Source: Bacteroidota bacterium (GTDB lineage Bacteria > Bacteroidota > Bacteroidia > UBA7662). From it: a DNA stretch of 51,621 bases. The translations under genes and the position numbers were made by a program. The first letter of the stretch is position 1. Every line of letters starts with the position of its first letter. Positions 1 through 9,412 of the stretch are shown piece after piece. The stretch lies in assembly GCA_016868485.1 (NCBI GenBank), contig VGGT01000001.1:1-51621 (forward strand). Reading direction: 5' to 3'. Under the pieces are notes generated by a model that saw nothing but the letters and a program-made list of their open reading frames with translations, was not told the DNA's origin and ran no database searches.

Positions 1-715
1 CACGCCCAGCCTCTACCACCACCACCGCATCGGCCATTCCGGCCACAATTCGGTTTCGTTTTGGGAAATTTTCGCGTTCTGGCGGGGTATCGAATGTGAA
101 TTCAGACAGCAATCCCCCATCTTCCAACATACGCTCGGCCAGTTGGCGATGCTGATGGGGGTATAATCGTCCCAATCCATGCCCTAAAACAGCTATGGTT
201 GGCAAGCGGTGACGAACAGCAGCCTCATGGGCGTGTCCATCGATCCCAAGGGCGAGTCCACTCAGCACCACCACATTCAAAGGAGCCAATTCCCGAATCA
301 GCTGCTCTGTGATTTGACGGCCATAAGCCGTGGCCGATCGGGTGCCAACAACGGCTAATACCCGTTTGGCGTTCAGTGGCAACCGTCCGAGTCCGAACAA
401 CAATAAGGGATGGTCGGGACACTGGCGCAGGCGAGCGGGGTATTCGGGGTCGTTGTACGGATATACCTTTGCGCCCATTTTCCATTGCCGATCAAGCATC
501 TGCTCCATGCGGCTAAAATCACTGAACGATCGTATCGCTGCTGCCGTTTTTTGTCCGACCCCCTCCACTGTATGTAAAAGCCGCCGCTCGCTTCCGAAAG
601 CCGCTTCAGCAGAGCCTAAGGTTTCAATTATTTTCCGCGCCAATATGCATCCTACGCCCTCAACCTCGAGAAGCGACAACAAGCACACGATTTCCCTTTG
701 TTGATTGGCGTTCAC
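1..715 (-). CDS. dprA: DNA-processing protein DprA/Smf. The N-terminal ~238 aa are present; the C-terminus is cut by the window edge.
   Basis: Absent from the ORF track because it runs off the window. My minus-strand translation from GTG at 715 reads VNANQQREIVCLLSLLEVEGVG...RVLAVVGTRSATAYGRQ...VVLSGLALGIDGHAHEAAV...LGHGLGRLYPHQHRQLAERM...ENFPKRNRIVAGMADAVVVVEAGR, which is the DprA core. An in-frame TAA at 725-727 bounds the start. Confidence 0.85.
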   Translation of the reverse strand, partial: MNANQQREIVCLLSLLEVEGVGCILARKIIETLGSAEAAFGSERRLLHTVEGVGQKTAAAIRSFSDFSRMEQMLDRQWKMGAKVYPYNDPEYPARLRQCPDHPLLLFGLGRLPLNAKRVLAVVGTRSATAYGRQITEQLIRELAPLNVVVLSGLALGIDGHAHEAAVRHRLPTIAVLGHGLGRLYPHQHRQLAERMLEDGGLLSEFTFDTPPERENFPKRNRIVAGMADAVVVVEAGR

Positions 716-845
716 ATCGCTAAATTAGGACCTTTTAACCGCAGTCGTTTGCCCACAAAATCCATGTTTATTTTTTGTTATTCCCATGAAATCGGGTCTT
801 TAGTTGATCATATTACTTCGTAGTTAGCCCATATTTATTGTCTCG

Positions 846-3173
846 ATGAATCGTTTCCTTCTTAGTATACTCGTGCCGTTGCTGTGTTTGTTCGGCCTCC
901 TACCCGAGCACGCTCTTTCACAATGCGTTTTGAGTGGACAAATACGCGATGCCCAAACCAAGCAGACTCTTTGGGGCGTAGGGATTCAGTCGACCGATGG
1001 CAGCGGCATGATCAGCGATGCGGAAGGGAAATTCAGCTGGAAACGCGTACAGGATACAGCAACAACCTTAAAATTCACTTTTCTAGGCTATGAAACCCAG
1101 GAAATCAGGATTCAAAGGCCCTGTTCTGAGGGCAAACCACTTGACATTCAACTCAGGCCTAAAAATCAGGAGTTAAACCCTATTGTCGTGACAGCGGGTC
1201 GTATGGAGCAAGTGCTGAGTAGGGCTCAAATATCAACCGATGTCCTCCAAATCAAGGATCTGACGGCCAATAATTCTGTTACACCCGACGATGCGCTGAA
1301 CCGATCACCTGGCGTGCACGTTATCCGTGGCCAAATTTCCATTCGCGGAAGCAGTGGTTATACGCTTGGTGTGGGGAGTCGCGTCATGATGTTGCTCGAT
1401 GGCCTCCCTATGCTCACCGCGGAAAGCAGCGAAATTCTCTGGAATTTTTTACCCATCGAAAACACTGCTCAATTGGAGGTCATAAAGGGGCCGGGCTCAG
1501 CCCTATATGGGTCTGGCGCACTGGGTGGGGTTATCAACCTGAGAAGTGTGCTGCCTGGAGATCGTCCGGTTACGGAAATCACTGCATTTGGCGGTCGTTT
1601 TGATCGACCGCCGGGCTACCACAGCGACCCTTGGGCGGGTGGTCCTACACCGGGAAAAATGGGCATCAGCGTCTCGCACCGCCAGCGCTTTGGAAGAACA
1701 GGCGTAGTCGCATCCCTCAATGCGGTTTCCGATGATGGATACCGGGTTGGAGAACCCAGTCGCCGCATTCGAGGCACCCTGCATGTGCGTCAGACTTTAG
1801 GAAAGGGATGGTCGGCCGGACTTCATTTGAGTCAGCTCGCCGACTCCACCAGACTGTACACCTTTTGGGAAAGCGATACGAATGCATTTATGCCCTATCC
1901 GGGCAGTACTAACCCACAACTCAACCACCGAACCATGGTGGACCCTTATGTGGAATATGAAGGGAAACAGCTCAGCTTCAGCCTCAAAAATAGATTCTAT
2001 AGAAGCTACACCAATTACAATAATGAGGATTTTGGTTTGGGGTTGATGTATTACACCGAAGCACAAGCCCGGTATCGGCCCAGTGGAGGTCTTGGGCGTC
2101 ACTTAGCATGGACTGGTGGTTTGGTTCAGCAAACCGGACAAATCCGCAGTGATCGATTGTATGGCAACCAACAAACCGTAAACCGCTCGCTTTACGCGCA
2201 GGCTGATTGGCAGCAAGGCCGGTTGGAGGCCAGCTTGGGCGGACGAGGTGAGTGGTTTTTGGTGAACGGCAGCCAAAAGCTGTTTCAGCCGGTGGTCCGT
2301 GGTGGTCTGAACTTTGCATACAGCGCTATGGGCAACTTTCGGGCTTCTGCTGGTCAAGGATTCCGTAGCCCGTCTGTCGCCGAAATGTATTCGAACACTT
2401 TTGTAGGCACGGTGCGCTTAGCCAGTGACCCCAATTTAGGCGCCGAACTGAGCCGATCCATTGAACTGGGCATCCACCAGCGGGTCAATGTGGGAAAACT
2501 GCAGGCTTATGTTGATTTGGCTTGGTTTCAAACACGCTACGACAGCATGATTGAATACAGTTTTGGGGTTTATATTCCGCAGGTCTGGGACAGTCAGGAT
2601 TCCATTTGGCTGAGTGAAGGTAACTTGGGCGCCATCGCTCAAAAATATGCCCGCTTCCAGCCGGCCAATATTGTTGAGGCCCGAATCACGGGCTTGGAGG
2701 CCGTGGTGGGTGCCGTTGGACGATGGGGGCCTTGGGGCCTTCGCATGCAAGCGGGATACACCTATATCATGCCCTTGAACCTAAAGCCTTCCACGGATCC
2801 TCGGGCCGATACGAGCGGATTGTCGGTACTGGTTGACCTGCGCAAATACCTTAAATACAGATACCTTCATCTGCTGCGCACCGATTTGGCTGTTGAATGG
2901 AAATCGTGGTCGCTCGGGGTCAATACCCGCTACAACAGCGTTATCCTGAATATTGATGAGGACTTCTACCGTTTTATGCCGGGTCTGATCGACTACCGGA
3001 TCAGAAGCATAAAGGGTGACTTATTAACCGATCTTCGTTTCGGCAAACAGGTTTATGGCGACTGGCGGCTTAATCTGGTTATTCGGAATTTGGGCAACCG
3101 GAGCTGGATGCCCCTACCCGGTAACATTGGCGAACAACGTAACGTCATTCTGCAACTAACTGGCCGCATTTAG
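846..3173 (+). CDS. TonB-dependent outer-membrane receptor with an N-terminal carboxypeptidase-regulatory-like domain (no SusD partner)
   Basis: 775-aa ORF. It has a signal peptide (MNRFLLSILVPLLCLFG), a CarboxypepD_reg-like segment (GQIRDAQTKQTLWGV...AEGKF) and a plug domain (NPIVVTAGRMEQ, IRGSSGYTLGVGSRVMMLLDGLPM, ALYGSGALGGVINLRS). A long barrel carries GQGFRSPSVAEMY. Confidence 0.85.
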   Translation: MNRFLLSILVPLLCLFGLLPEHALSQCVLSGQIRDAQTKQTLWGVGIQSTDGSGMISDAEGKFSWKRVQDTATTLKFTFLGYETQEIRIQRPCSEGKPLDIQLRPKNQELNPIVVTAGRMEQVLSRAQISTDVLQIKDLTANNSVTPDDALNRSPGVHVIRGQISIRGSSGYTLGVGSRVMMLLDGLPMLTAESSEILWNFLPIENTAQLEVIKGPGSALYGSGALGGVINLRSVLPGDRPVTEITAFGGRFDRPPGYHSDPWAGGPTPGKMGISVSHRQRFGRTGVVASLNAVSDDGYRVGEPSRRIRGTLHVRQTLGKGWSAGLHLSQLADSTRLYTFWESDTNAFMPYPGSTNPQLNHRTMVDPYVEYEGKQLSFSLKNRFYRSYTNYNNEDFGLGLMYYTEAQARYRPSGGLGRHLAWTGGLVQQTGQIRSDRLYGNQQTVNRSLYAQADWQQGRLEASLGGRGEWFLVNGSQKLFQPVVRGGLNFAYSAMGNFRASAGQGFRSPSVAEMYSNTFVGTVRLASDPNLGAELSRSIELGIHQRVNVGKLQAYVDLAWFQTRYDSMIEYSFGVYIPQVWDSQDSIWLSEGNLGAIAQKYARFQPANIVEARITGLEAVVGAVGRWGPWGLRMQAGYTYIMPLNLKPSTDPRADTSGLSVLVDLRKYLKYRYLHLLRTDLAVEWKSWSLGVNTRYNSVILNIDEDFYRFMPGLIDYRIRSIKGDLLTDLRFGKQVYGDWRLNLVIRNLGNRSWMPLPGNIGEQRNVILQLTGRI

Positions 3174-3248
3174 AACATCCCCTGCTCACTAAATGACTCG
3201 ATTGCACCGAAAAAAACTCGTTTCAACCCAGACACACAATTGTATTGC

Positions 3249-5531
3249 ATGAAAAGTAAGCTATTTTCTTCAACCTCTACTCCGTTCTTCTTCGCTGTTG
3301 TTGTGCAGATTTGTGCCGCCCTTTCGGCTTGGTCGCAGGAGCCGTCTACCAGTCCACGCTATCGGGTGATCGGAACGGTTAGAGAAGAATCAGGACAAAA
3401 AGCCACTCTGGCTGGGGTTAACGTATGGGCGCAAGCGGTTGCACCGCTAGCCTCACTCGGCACCACCACAGATGCGCAAGGGCGCTACGAACTGATGCTG
3501 CCCAAGGGTAAGTACACCATTCGGTTTAGCTATGTAGGTTTTGAAAGCCAGACGTTGACCGGCGAGTTGACCCAAAACACCACCATCGACCTGTCTTTAC
3601 GCCCCTCGACCGACGAGCTTTCGGCTGTGGTGGTGACGGCGGGTCGGTTCGAGCAAAGAGCCGAAGAAGTGACGGTGAGCATGGAGGTCGTGCGCCCATC
3701 GGCCCTTCAACGCAATGCCATTACCCGATTCGATGATGCCCTCGACCGCGTTCCTGGCGTGCAAATGGTGAATGGTCAGTTGAATATTCGAGGAACCAGC
3801 GGCTTCAGCTACGGCGCGGGTAGTCGGGTTCAGGTTTTGGTCGACGATATGCCCTTGCTGGCTGGTGATGCGGGGGATGCAAAATGGAGTTTCATCCCCA
3901 TAGAGAACATTTCCCAAATTGAAGTGGTGAAAGGTGCGGCCTCGGCCCTCTACGGAAGCGCTGCTTTGGGGGGCATTGTGAACCTGCGCACAGCCTACCC
4001 CACTGAAACACCACGAACAGAGGCTCAATTATTCAGCTACCTCCATGATGCCCCAAGAGATTTCTTTAAAACTCCTTATCGGAGATCAGACGGACGAAAT
4101 CAATCGGGTTTTGGGCTATTGCACAGCCGCCAACTGGGTCGAAACGACCTCACAATTGGTGTATTTGCGGTAGATGATCAGGGTTACAGAATCGGTGAAT
4201 TTAGTCGACGTCTCCGCGGAAACATCAATTGGCGCCTTCGGCTGAGCGATCGGGTGAGTTTCAGCCTCAGTACAAACGCCATGACCGATACCTTCGGCAA
4301 TTTTTTCTTTTGGGAAAACGATACGCTTGCCTTCTTTCCAGCGCCAGGTACCAACGACACGCAACGTTCGAAGCGTTGGACCGTAGATCCTTGTCTGTAT
4401 ATTTATGGCACGAACGGACAAAAAACTACCCTGCGGAACCGTTATTACCTCACCGACAATAGGGGTGATAGCACGAGAAATACCCGTGGTGAGGTTTATT
4501 TCACCGAACTTCAACACCAACGCAGCCTGCGCCCAGGCCTTATGGCCACAGCCGGTCTACTTCATCAGTACAACTATGTGAACAGCGGGATTCTCTATGG
4601 TTTGCGCAGCAGTCGGAATTTAGCCGCCTATTTGCAGGCCGACCACAAAATCGGTCGTTTTAATTACTCGGTCGGCGTGCGCCTCGAACAGTTTGTCATC
4701 GATAGCGACCCTCCTCTGCGCTATCCAGTCGTTCGACTCGGACTCAATTATCAGGCCGCTTCCTATACATGGGTTCGCGCTTCTTTTGGCCAGGGTTTCC
4801 GAACGCCGTCTATTGCCGAGCGCTATGTGAGTGGTGTAGCCGGGCCGGTGCAGGTTTTTCCCAACCCGAGTCTTTCCACCGAAAAGGGCTGGAGCGCCGA
4901 AACCGGCATCAGGCAAATCTGGAAATGGGGGGCATTCACGGGAGTCACAGATCTTGCCTTGTTCTGGACCCAATACGACAAGATGATTGAGTTTCGGTTC
5001 GGATTTTTCCCCGAAGGTGCGGGTTTTCAGGCCCGCAATTTGGACAATCGATCCAGTATGATTCGTGGAATTGAATGGACCACCGGTGCCAGCGGGTCTT
5101 GGCGTACATTCAAAATCAATGGCCAGCTGGGTTACACCTACATCCAACCGATTGAATGGTATCAACCGGTTCCTGATCGCCCCGACATTCTATTGAAGGA
5201 AGATCTTAAGTACCGTACCCCCCATATTTTTCGTTCGGATGTGGAAATCAGGCGTGGACGGTTCAGCACAGGCTCCAACCTTCGTTTCAACAGTTTCATG
5301 ACCGCCATCGACGCGGAATTTGAAACCCTCATCGCTGGTGTGGCCCCCTTTCGCAGCAGGCGTGCAAGCGGGGATCTGATCATCGACCTCAGAGTGGGTT
5401 ATGACCTGCGGAGCGATTTAAACCTCAGCTTTTTGATTCGAAACGCGGGCAACCGCGATTATATGATCGTTCCAGGTAATATTGGACCTCCTCGAACTTG
5501 GGGCATCCAATTGCGCTACAACGGGTCCTGA
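3249..5531 (+). CDS. TonB-dependent outer-membrane receptor, paralog of the upstream gene
   Basis: The track ORF starts at TTG 3240; ATG at 3249 (MKSKLFSS...) is the likelier start. Architecture and motif blocks match the neighbour: VVVTAGRFEQ, NIRGTSGFSYGAGSRVQVLVDDMPL, ALYGSAALGGIVNLRT, GQGFRTPSIAERY. Confidence 0.85.
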   Translation: MKSKLFSSTSTPFFFAVVVQICAALSAWSQEPSTSPRYRVIGTVREESGQKATLAGVNVWAQAVAPLASLGTTTDAQGRYELMLPKGKYTIRFSYVGFESQTLTGELTQNTTIDLSLRPSTDELSAVVVTAGRFEQRAEEVTVSMEVVRPSALQRNAITRFDDALDRVPGVQMVNGQLNIRGTSGFSYGAGSRVQVLVDDMPLLAGDAGDAKWSFIPIENISQIEVVKGAASALYGSAALGGIVNLRTAYPTETPRTEAQLFSYLHDAPRDFFKTPYRRSDGRNQSGFGLLHSRQLGRNDLTIGVFAVDDQGYRIGEFSRRLRGNINWRLRLSDRVSFSLSTNAMTDTFGNFFFWENDTLAFFPAPGTNDTQRSKRWTVDPCLYIYGTNGQKTTLRNRYYLTDNRGDSTRNTRGEVYFTELQHQRSLRPGLMATAGLLHQYNYVNSGILYGLRSSRNLAAYLQADHKIGRFNYSVGVRLEQFVIDSDPPLRYPVVRLGLNYQAASYTWVRASFGQGFRTPSIAERYVSGVAGPVQVFPNPSLSTEKGWSAETGIRQIWKWGAFTGVTDLALFWTQYDKMIEFRFGFFPEGAGFQARNLDNRSSMIRGIEWTTGASGSWRTFKINGQLGYTYIQPIEWYQPVPDRPDILLKEDLKYRTPHIFRSDVEIRRGRFSTGSNLRFNSFMTAIDAEFETLIAGVAPFRSRRASGDLIIDLRVGYDLRSDLNLSFLIRNAGNRDYMIVPGNIGPPRTWGIQLRYNGS

Positions 5532-5538
5532 ACCTTCA

Positions 5539-6675
5539 TTACTTGATGCTTCGGAACGTTCGGCTGAACCGAATTTTGTTGAATAGAGATTTGCTGTAAT
5601 CGAGACTGAGCCAAACAAAGACTGCCTTGCCCACCACGTGATCTTCGGGTACAAATCCCCAATACCGTGAGTCGAGGCTGTTGTGGCGGTTATCGCCCAT
5701 CATCCAGTAGTAGTCCATCTGAAAGGTGTATGCATCAGCGGGTTCATCGTTGATGTACACCTTATTGTCTTTTACTTCTAGCTTTTGCTTCTCATAAACC
5801 TCGATGGCCCTGCGGTAGATGTGTATATTGTGCATGTTTAAGGGCATACGCATGCCCTTTGCAGGAATAACAATGGGGCCATAGGAATCAAGATTCCAAG
5901 GATAATGCTCATGGTGGGGGAACACCTCTTCTGTGTACTCTCCCTGAGGCATGACATATGGCTCCAAAACGCGTACATTGGCAAATTGCTTCATCTTGTC
6001 GGCATTCTCCTCCGTGAGATTGAACATAAAATCGCCATGCGCTGAAAAAGCGCCTCCTTCCGTTACATCCATTTTTTCGAGTGTCTTCGGGTTGAAACCA
6101 CTGCCATCGGTTCTCACTACGAATCGATGTTGTAATCCAGCCGGCCGATCAATCGCCTGACCGTTGATGTAGACCATTCGGCTGCGAATGGCCAAGGTGT
6201 CGCCAGGGATTCCTACACAGCGCTTGATGTAATTGTCGCGTCGATCGACGGGGCGCCAATCTTCCACCGGATAATTGAACACAACCACATCATTGTTTTT
6301 GATGCTTCCGAAACCGGGCAATCTTCTGTATTTCCATTGAACACCGTCGACATATGACTTTATTTTCAACAAGGGTAGTGTATTGTGTGCCAAAGGGAAA
6401 GCGATGGGTGTCATCGGCATACGGGCTCCGTAGCTCATCTTGCTCACAAAAAGAAAATCGCCTACCATGAGGCTCTTCTCCATAGAGGGGGTGGGAATGG
6501 TGTAGGCCTCAACAGCAAAAGTACGGATCAGACCGGCAGCGATGAGTGCAAAAACAATCGCCTCAATCCACTCTCTGGTGGCCGATTTCTTCTTTGCCCC
6601 GGCCGAATTCTTCTTTGCCGTCGCCGATTTATTCTTTGCCTTGGATTGGCCAGATTGCCAAAATTTCAAATTCAT
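5539..6675 (-). CDS. lepB: Signal peptidase I
   Basis: 378-aa ORF with the catalytic Ser box PTPSMEKSLMVGDFLFV, the box-D/E region GDNRHNSLDSRYWGFVPEDHVVGKA, and one N-terminal TM (WIEAIVFALIAAGLI). Confidence 0.9.
   Translation of the reverse strand: MNLKFWQSGQSKAKNKSATAKKNSAGAKKKSATREWIEAIVFALIAAGLIRTFAVEAYTIPTPSMEKSLMVGDFLFVSKMSYGARMPMTPIAFPLAHNTLPLLKIKSYVDGVQWKYRRLPGFGSIKNNDVVVFNYPVEDWRPVDRRDNYIKRCVGIPGDTLAIRSRMVYINGQAIDRPAGLQHRFVVRTDGSGFNPKTLEKMDVTEGGAFSAHGDFMFNLTEENADKMKQFANVRVLEPYVMPQGEYTEEVFPHHEHYPWNLDSYGPIVIPAKGMRMPLNMHNIHIYRRAIEVYEKQKLEVKDNKVYINDEPADAYTFQMDYYWMMGDNRHNSLDSRYWGFVPEDHVVGKAVFVWLSLDYSKSLFNKIRFSRTFRSIK
6577..6643 (-). repeat. In-frame 21-bp tandem repeat x3 encoding the Lys-rich N-terminal tail of LepB (AKNKSAT/AKKNSAG/AKKKSAT)
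   Basis: Plus-strand units gccgatttcttctttgcc (6581), gccgaattcttctttgcc (6602) and gccgatttattctttgcc (6623). The period is exactly 21 nt. Confidence 0.8.
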
Positions 6676-6711
6676 ATGTTTCGATTTAATGAACTGATAA
6701 ACGATACCGCT

Positions 6712-7188
6712 TTACATAGAAGAGGGCAGTGCGGTTGAATCCGGCTGAATAGGTAAAACCGGATGTTCAACCCCTACACCGTGTTCGTAGACCAATGAGC
6801 CTCCCAACCAACCCGTATAAAGCATCAGAACGGTTGCCAACAACATCACGCCAAAAAATATACTCAGTTCACGTTCCAGCATCGATTTTCTGCGCAACAC
6901 CCCCCACATAGCCAAAACAGGAAGCAGCCAAGCCTGAATATACCCCAAGGTCTCGTGCTGTTCGATGGCTTCATGGACTTCAGCGCGCAAATCACCCGCC
7001 GCATCCTCGGCCCAACCCCCGCTGAGCGCAGACAAGAGTGCGCCCAATGCAGCACCTACCAGCAGAAACCGGCTAAACAACAACAAAGAAGGATGTTTTC
7101 GCAACCAAAACAATAAGTGCGCCAATAGTGCCGACAACAAGAGGGCAATGGGGAAGTGCACGAAGAATGGATGGAGGCGAGCCAACAT
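6712..7188 (-). CDS. DUF2231-family integral membrane protein
   Basis: 158 aa with 4 predicted TM segments. It has the family-typical N-terminus LHPFFVHFPIALLL and the C-terminal GGSLVYEHGVGV. The start lies 1 nt after the ybaB stop. Confidence 0.65.
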   Translation of the reverse strand: MLARLHPFFVHFPIALLLSALLAHLLFWLRKHPSLLLFSRFLLVGAALGALLSALSGGWAEDAAGDLRAEVHEAIEQHETLGYIQAWLLPVLAMWGVLRRKSMLERELSIFFGVMLLATVLMLYTGWLGGSLVYEHGVGVEHPVLPIQPDSTALPSSM

Positions 7189-7189
7189 A

Positions 7190-7525
7190 TCAACCCATAA
7201 ATTTTGACAAATCGAGGCCGGGAATGTTGGGAATCAGACCTTCTGTGGCTTGCTTAAACTCTGATTTATAGGTTCGGTGGGCCTCCTTGAGTGCGTCGTT
7301 TACAGCCATCAATACGGCTGCCTCAAGTTCCGTTGCTGATAGTTTTTGATGGGCCTCTGGCGTAATCCGAACTTCCCGGATGTGTTTGTTGGCTGAGGAA
7401 ACAACGGTCACACCACCTTCAGCGGCTGAGGCGCTCACCGAGATCCCATCGCACTTGGTTTTGACGTCCTCGACCGCTTCTTTCAGCTTGCCAATTTTGT
7501 CCATCATTCCGAATAAGTCAAACAT
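7190..7525 (-). CDS. ybaB: YbaB/EbfC-family nucleoid-associated DNA-binding protein
   Basis: 111 aa. MFDLFGMMDKIGKLKEAVEDVK...GGVTVVSSANKHIREVRITPEA...ELEAAVLMAVNDALKEA matches the YbaB fold pattern. Confidence 0.85.
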   Translation of the reverse strand: MFDLFGMMDKIGKLKEAVEDVKTKCDGISVSASAAEGGVTVVSSANKHIREVRITPEAHQKLSATELEAAVLMAVNDALKEAHRTYKSEFKQATEGLIPNIPGLDLSKFMG

Positions 7526-7564
7526 AACGGTATTTTGCGTTAAATATAGCCAAAAACAAGTGGT

Positions 7565-8680
7565 TCACTGCTTGGAAACCGGCTTGGGCAGACCCCATCG
7601 ATCCGCCAATGCAAAAAGCTGATCAGAAACATGGGTCGTGAGGGGAATGCCTGTCGCCAACCTCAACTCATGTGCTTGTCGTTCGGGTTCACCCGGAACC
7701 AGCACGGGCTGGCTTTCATCGACCGGATCACAATCTTTAAAACGCTCAATCCATCGATCTATTGCCGTGAAGTACTGATCGGCACTGCGAAATGCATCGA
7801 TCCGCATGGCCCCAAAAATATGGCCGATTCCATGACCCGGCGGATTTTCTGGCATGGGCAAAAATGAAACAAACGGAGGTGCCCATGGCCCAAAACCTGC
7901 ACCAGATAGCACACCCGACAACAAATCAACCACGCTGCCTAAGGCATAGCCCTTGTGTCCAGCTTGCTTGCCCACGCTGCCCAAGGGAAGAAGACTCCCC
8001 CCCTCCCGAAGTATATGGGCTCGGGTTGAGATTTCACCCATTGAATCCACCGCCCAGCCCTCCGGAATGGGTTCACCTTTGCGCTCGGCTATTTCCAACT
8101 TACCATTAGCAGCAGCTGAGGTGGCTGTGTCTACCACTATGGCTGGATAACGACGCGCTGGAAATGCCCAACACATGGGATTGGTACCCAACATCCGCTC
8201 CCGTCCGCGGGTGGGCACAACGAGTGGACTTGCATTGGTCATGCTCCATCCGATCATATGATGGGGAAGGGCGCGCATGGCGTGATAGGCCGCGATTCCG
8301 TAGTGATTGGAATGGGATACCGTTACCACTGATGAGCCCACTTCTTCCGCCTTCTTGATGGCCAGGTCCATGGCCCATGGCGCTGATACGAGTCCCAACG
8401 CCCCCCCAGCATGAACGCCTGCGGTCGACGGGGTCTGGTGAACGATGGTCATCTCGGGTTGAACCGAAACACGGCCTGCTTCCCACAAACGGACATACCC
8501 GGGTAATCGCGCCACCCCATGCGAATCGACCCCGCGGAGGTCGGCGGCCAATAAAACGTCGGAAGCCTGCCGTGCGTCGTCGACAGGGCAACCCATTTTC
8601 AAGAAAACGGCCTCTGCAAACCTCCGAAGCTCCGACTCATCAAATAAAGTCACGAATGATTGGCCTGTTGTAGTGTTCAC
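7565..8680 (-). CDS. Ldh_2-family (malate/L-lactate/sulfolactate-type) NAD(P)H-dependent oxidoreductase
   Basis: The track ORF (to 8779) overlaps the upstream gene by about 100 nt. An in-frame GTG at 8680 overlaps the upstream TGA stop (GTGA) and gives 371 aa. Family-like blocks: DLRGVDSHGVARLPGYV, SHSNHYGIAAYH, LGTNPMCWAFPA, AAANGKLEIAERKGEPIPEGWAVD. Confidence 0.75.
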   Translation of the reverse strand: MNTTTGQSFVTLFDESELRRFAEAVFLKMGCPVDDARQASDVLLAADLRGVDSHGVARLPGYVRLWEAGRVSVQPEMTIVHQTPSTAGVHAGGALGLVSAPWAMDLAIKKAEEVGSSVVTVSHSNHYGIAAYHAMRALPHHMIGWSMTNASPLVVPTRGRERMLGTNPMCWAFPARRYPAIVVDTATSAAANGKLEIAERKGEPIPEGWAVDSMGEISTRAHILREGGSLLPLGSVGKQAGHKGYALGSVVDLLSGVLSGAGFGPWAPPFVSFLPMPENPPGHGIGHIFGAMRIDAFRSADQYFTAIDRWIERFKDCDPVDESQPVLVPGEPERQAHELRLATGIPLTTHVSDQLFALADRWGLPKPVSKQ

Positions 8681-9408
8681 AAGCCCTCCGCAATGAGATC
8701 GGCCAAATGAACAATTTGTTCGGGTTTCCAGGAAAGATCGGTCCGTTGCGCAGCAACCGCCCGCAGCTGCATCAGACACCCCATGTCTTCGGTGATGATG
8801 TACTCAACTCCCTCAGCACGCGCCGAACGCAGTTTTTCAGCTGCCATTTGTTGAGATAACTCGGGATTGGACTGGTACAGGCCTCCGCCATAACCGCAGC
8901 AAGCGGAAATCTGAGGTAAATCGACGCATGAAAAGCCACCCCATTCTGAAAGCAGTGGCACCATGGATTGAGGGGCACCTTCATTTTGTAGGCAACACGA
9001 CACATGGCAGGCCACCCGGCTCGTATGGCCAACATTCTTAACCATGGGCATTTGAGCATGTTGACTCACCCAATCGGAAAAGGCAAACACCCTCTTTTGC
9101 AGCGTCCTCACCGCATGATGGGCGGAACCGTTATGAAGTAATAGAGGGGCGTGTACGCTAAACAGGGCCGCGCAATCGGACGACAACACAACAACAGGAT
9201 GTTCACCAGAAAGCTCGGTGATGCACCTACTCGCCACTTCACAGGCTATTTCCTCTTGCCCATGTTGCCATGCAGGAGCGCCGCAACAACCCGCAGCACC
9301 CGGCACCCGAACGGTGCAGCCTAAGCGCTCCAGTATTTTGATGGCATTCATTCCGGTTTCGGGGAAAAATTGATCCACAACACACCCAACAAATAGTATT
9401 ATTTCCAT
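8677..9408 (-). CDS. LutA/YkgE-like (Fe-S) oxidoreductase with two cysteine-rich CCG domains
   Basis: 243 aa. MEIILFVGCVVDQFFPETGMNAIKILERLGCTVRVPGAAGCCGAPAWQHG resembles the YkgE/LutA N-terminus. The second CCG motif is ISACCGYGGGLYQ. Confidence 0.75.
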   Translation of the reverse strand: MEIILFVGCVVDQFFPETGMNAIKILERLGCTVRVPGAAGCCGAPAWQHGQEEIACEVASRCITELSGEHPVVVLSSDCAALFSVHAPLLLHNGSAHHAVRTLQKRVFAFSDWVSQHAQMPMVKNVGHTSRVACHVSCCLQNEGAPQSMVPLLSEWGGFSCVDLPQISACCGYGGGLYQSNPELSQQMAAEKLRSARAEGVEYIITEDMGCLMQLRAVAAQRTDLSWKPEQIVHLADLIAEGL

Positions 9409-9412
9409 TCTT

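Noticed and set aside
225-704. ORFs 225-485 (-) and 330-704 (+) near the left edge
   Set aside because: Both are alternative-frame or antisense shadows of the dprA reading frame, which translates into a clear DprA core. Their peptides are Arg/Pro/Ser-rich nonsense.
5529-5541. A 7-bp gap between the convergent stops of the second TonB-dependent receptor and lepB, as a possible regulatory overlap
   Set aside because: It is a real observation, with no space for a terminator. However, convergent genes with overlapping 3' UTRs are common, and I have no evidence of function.
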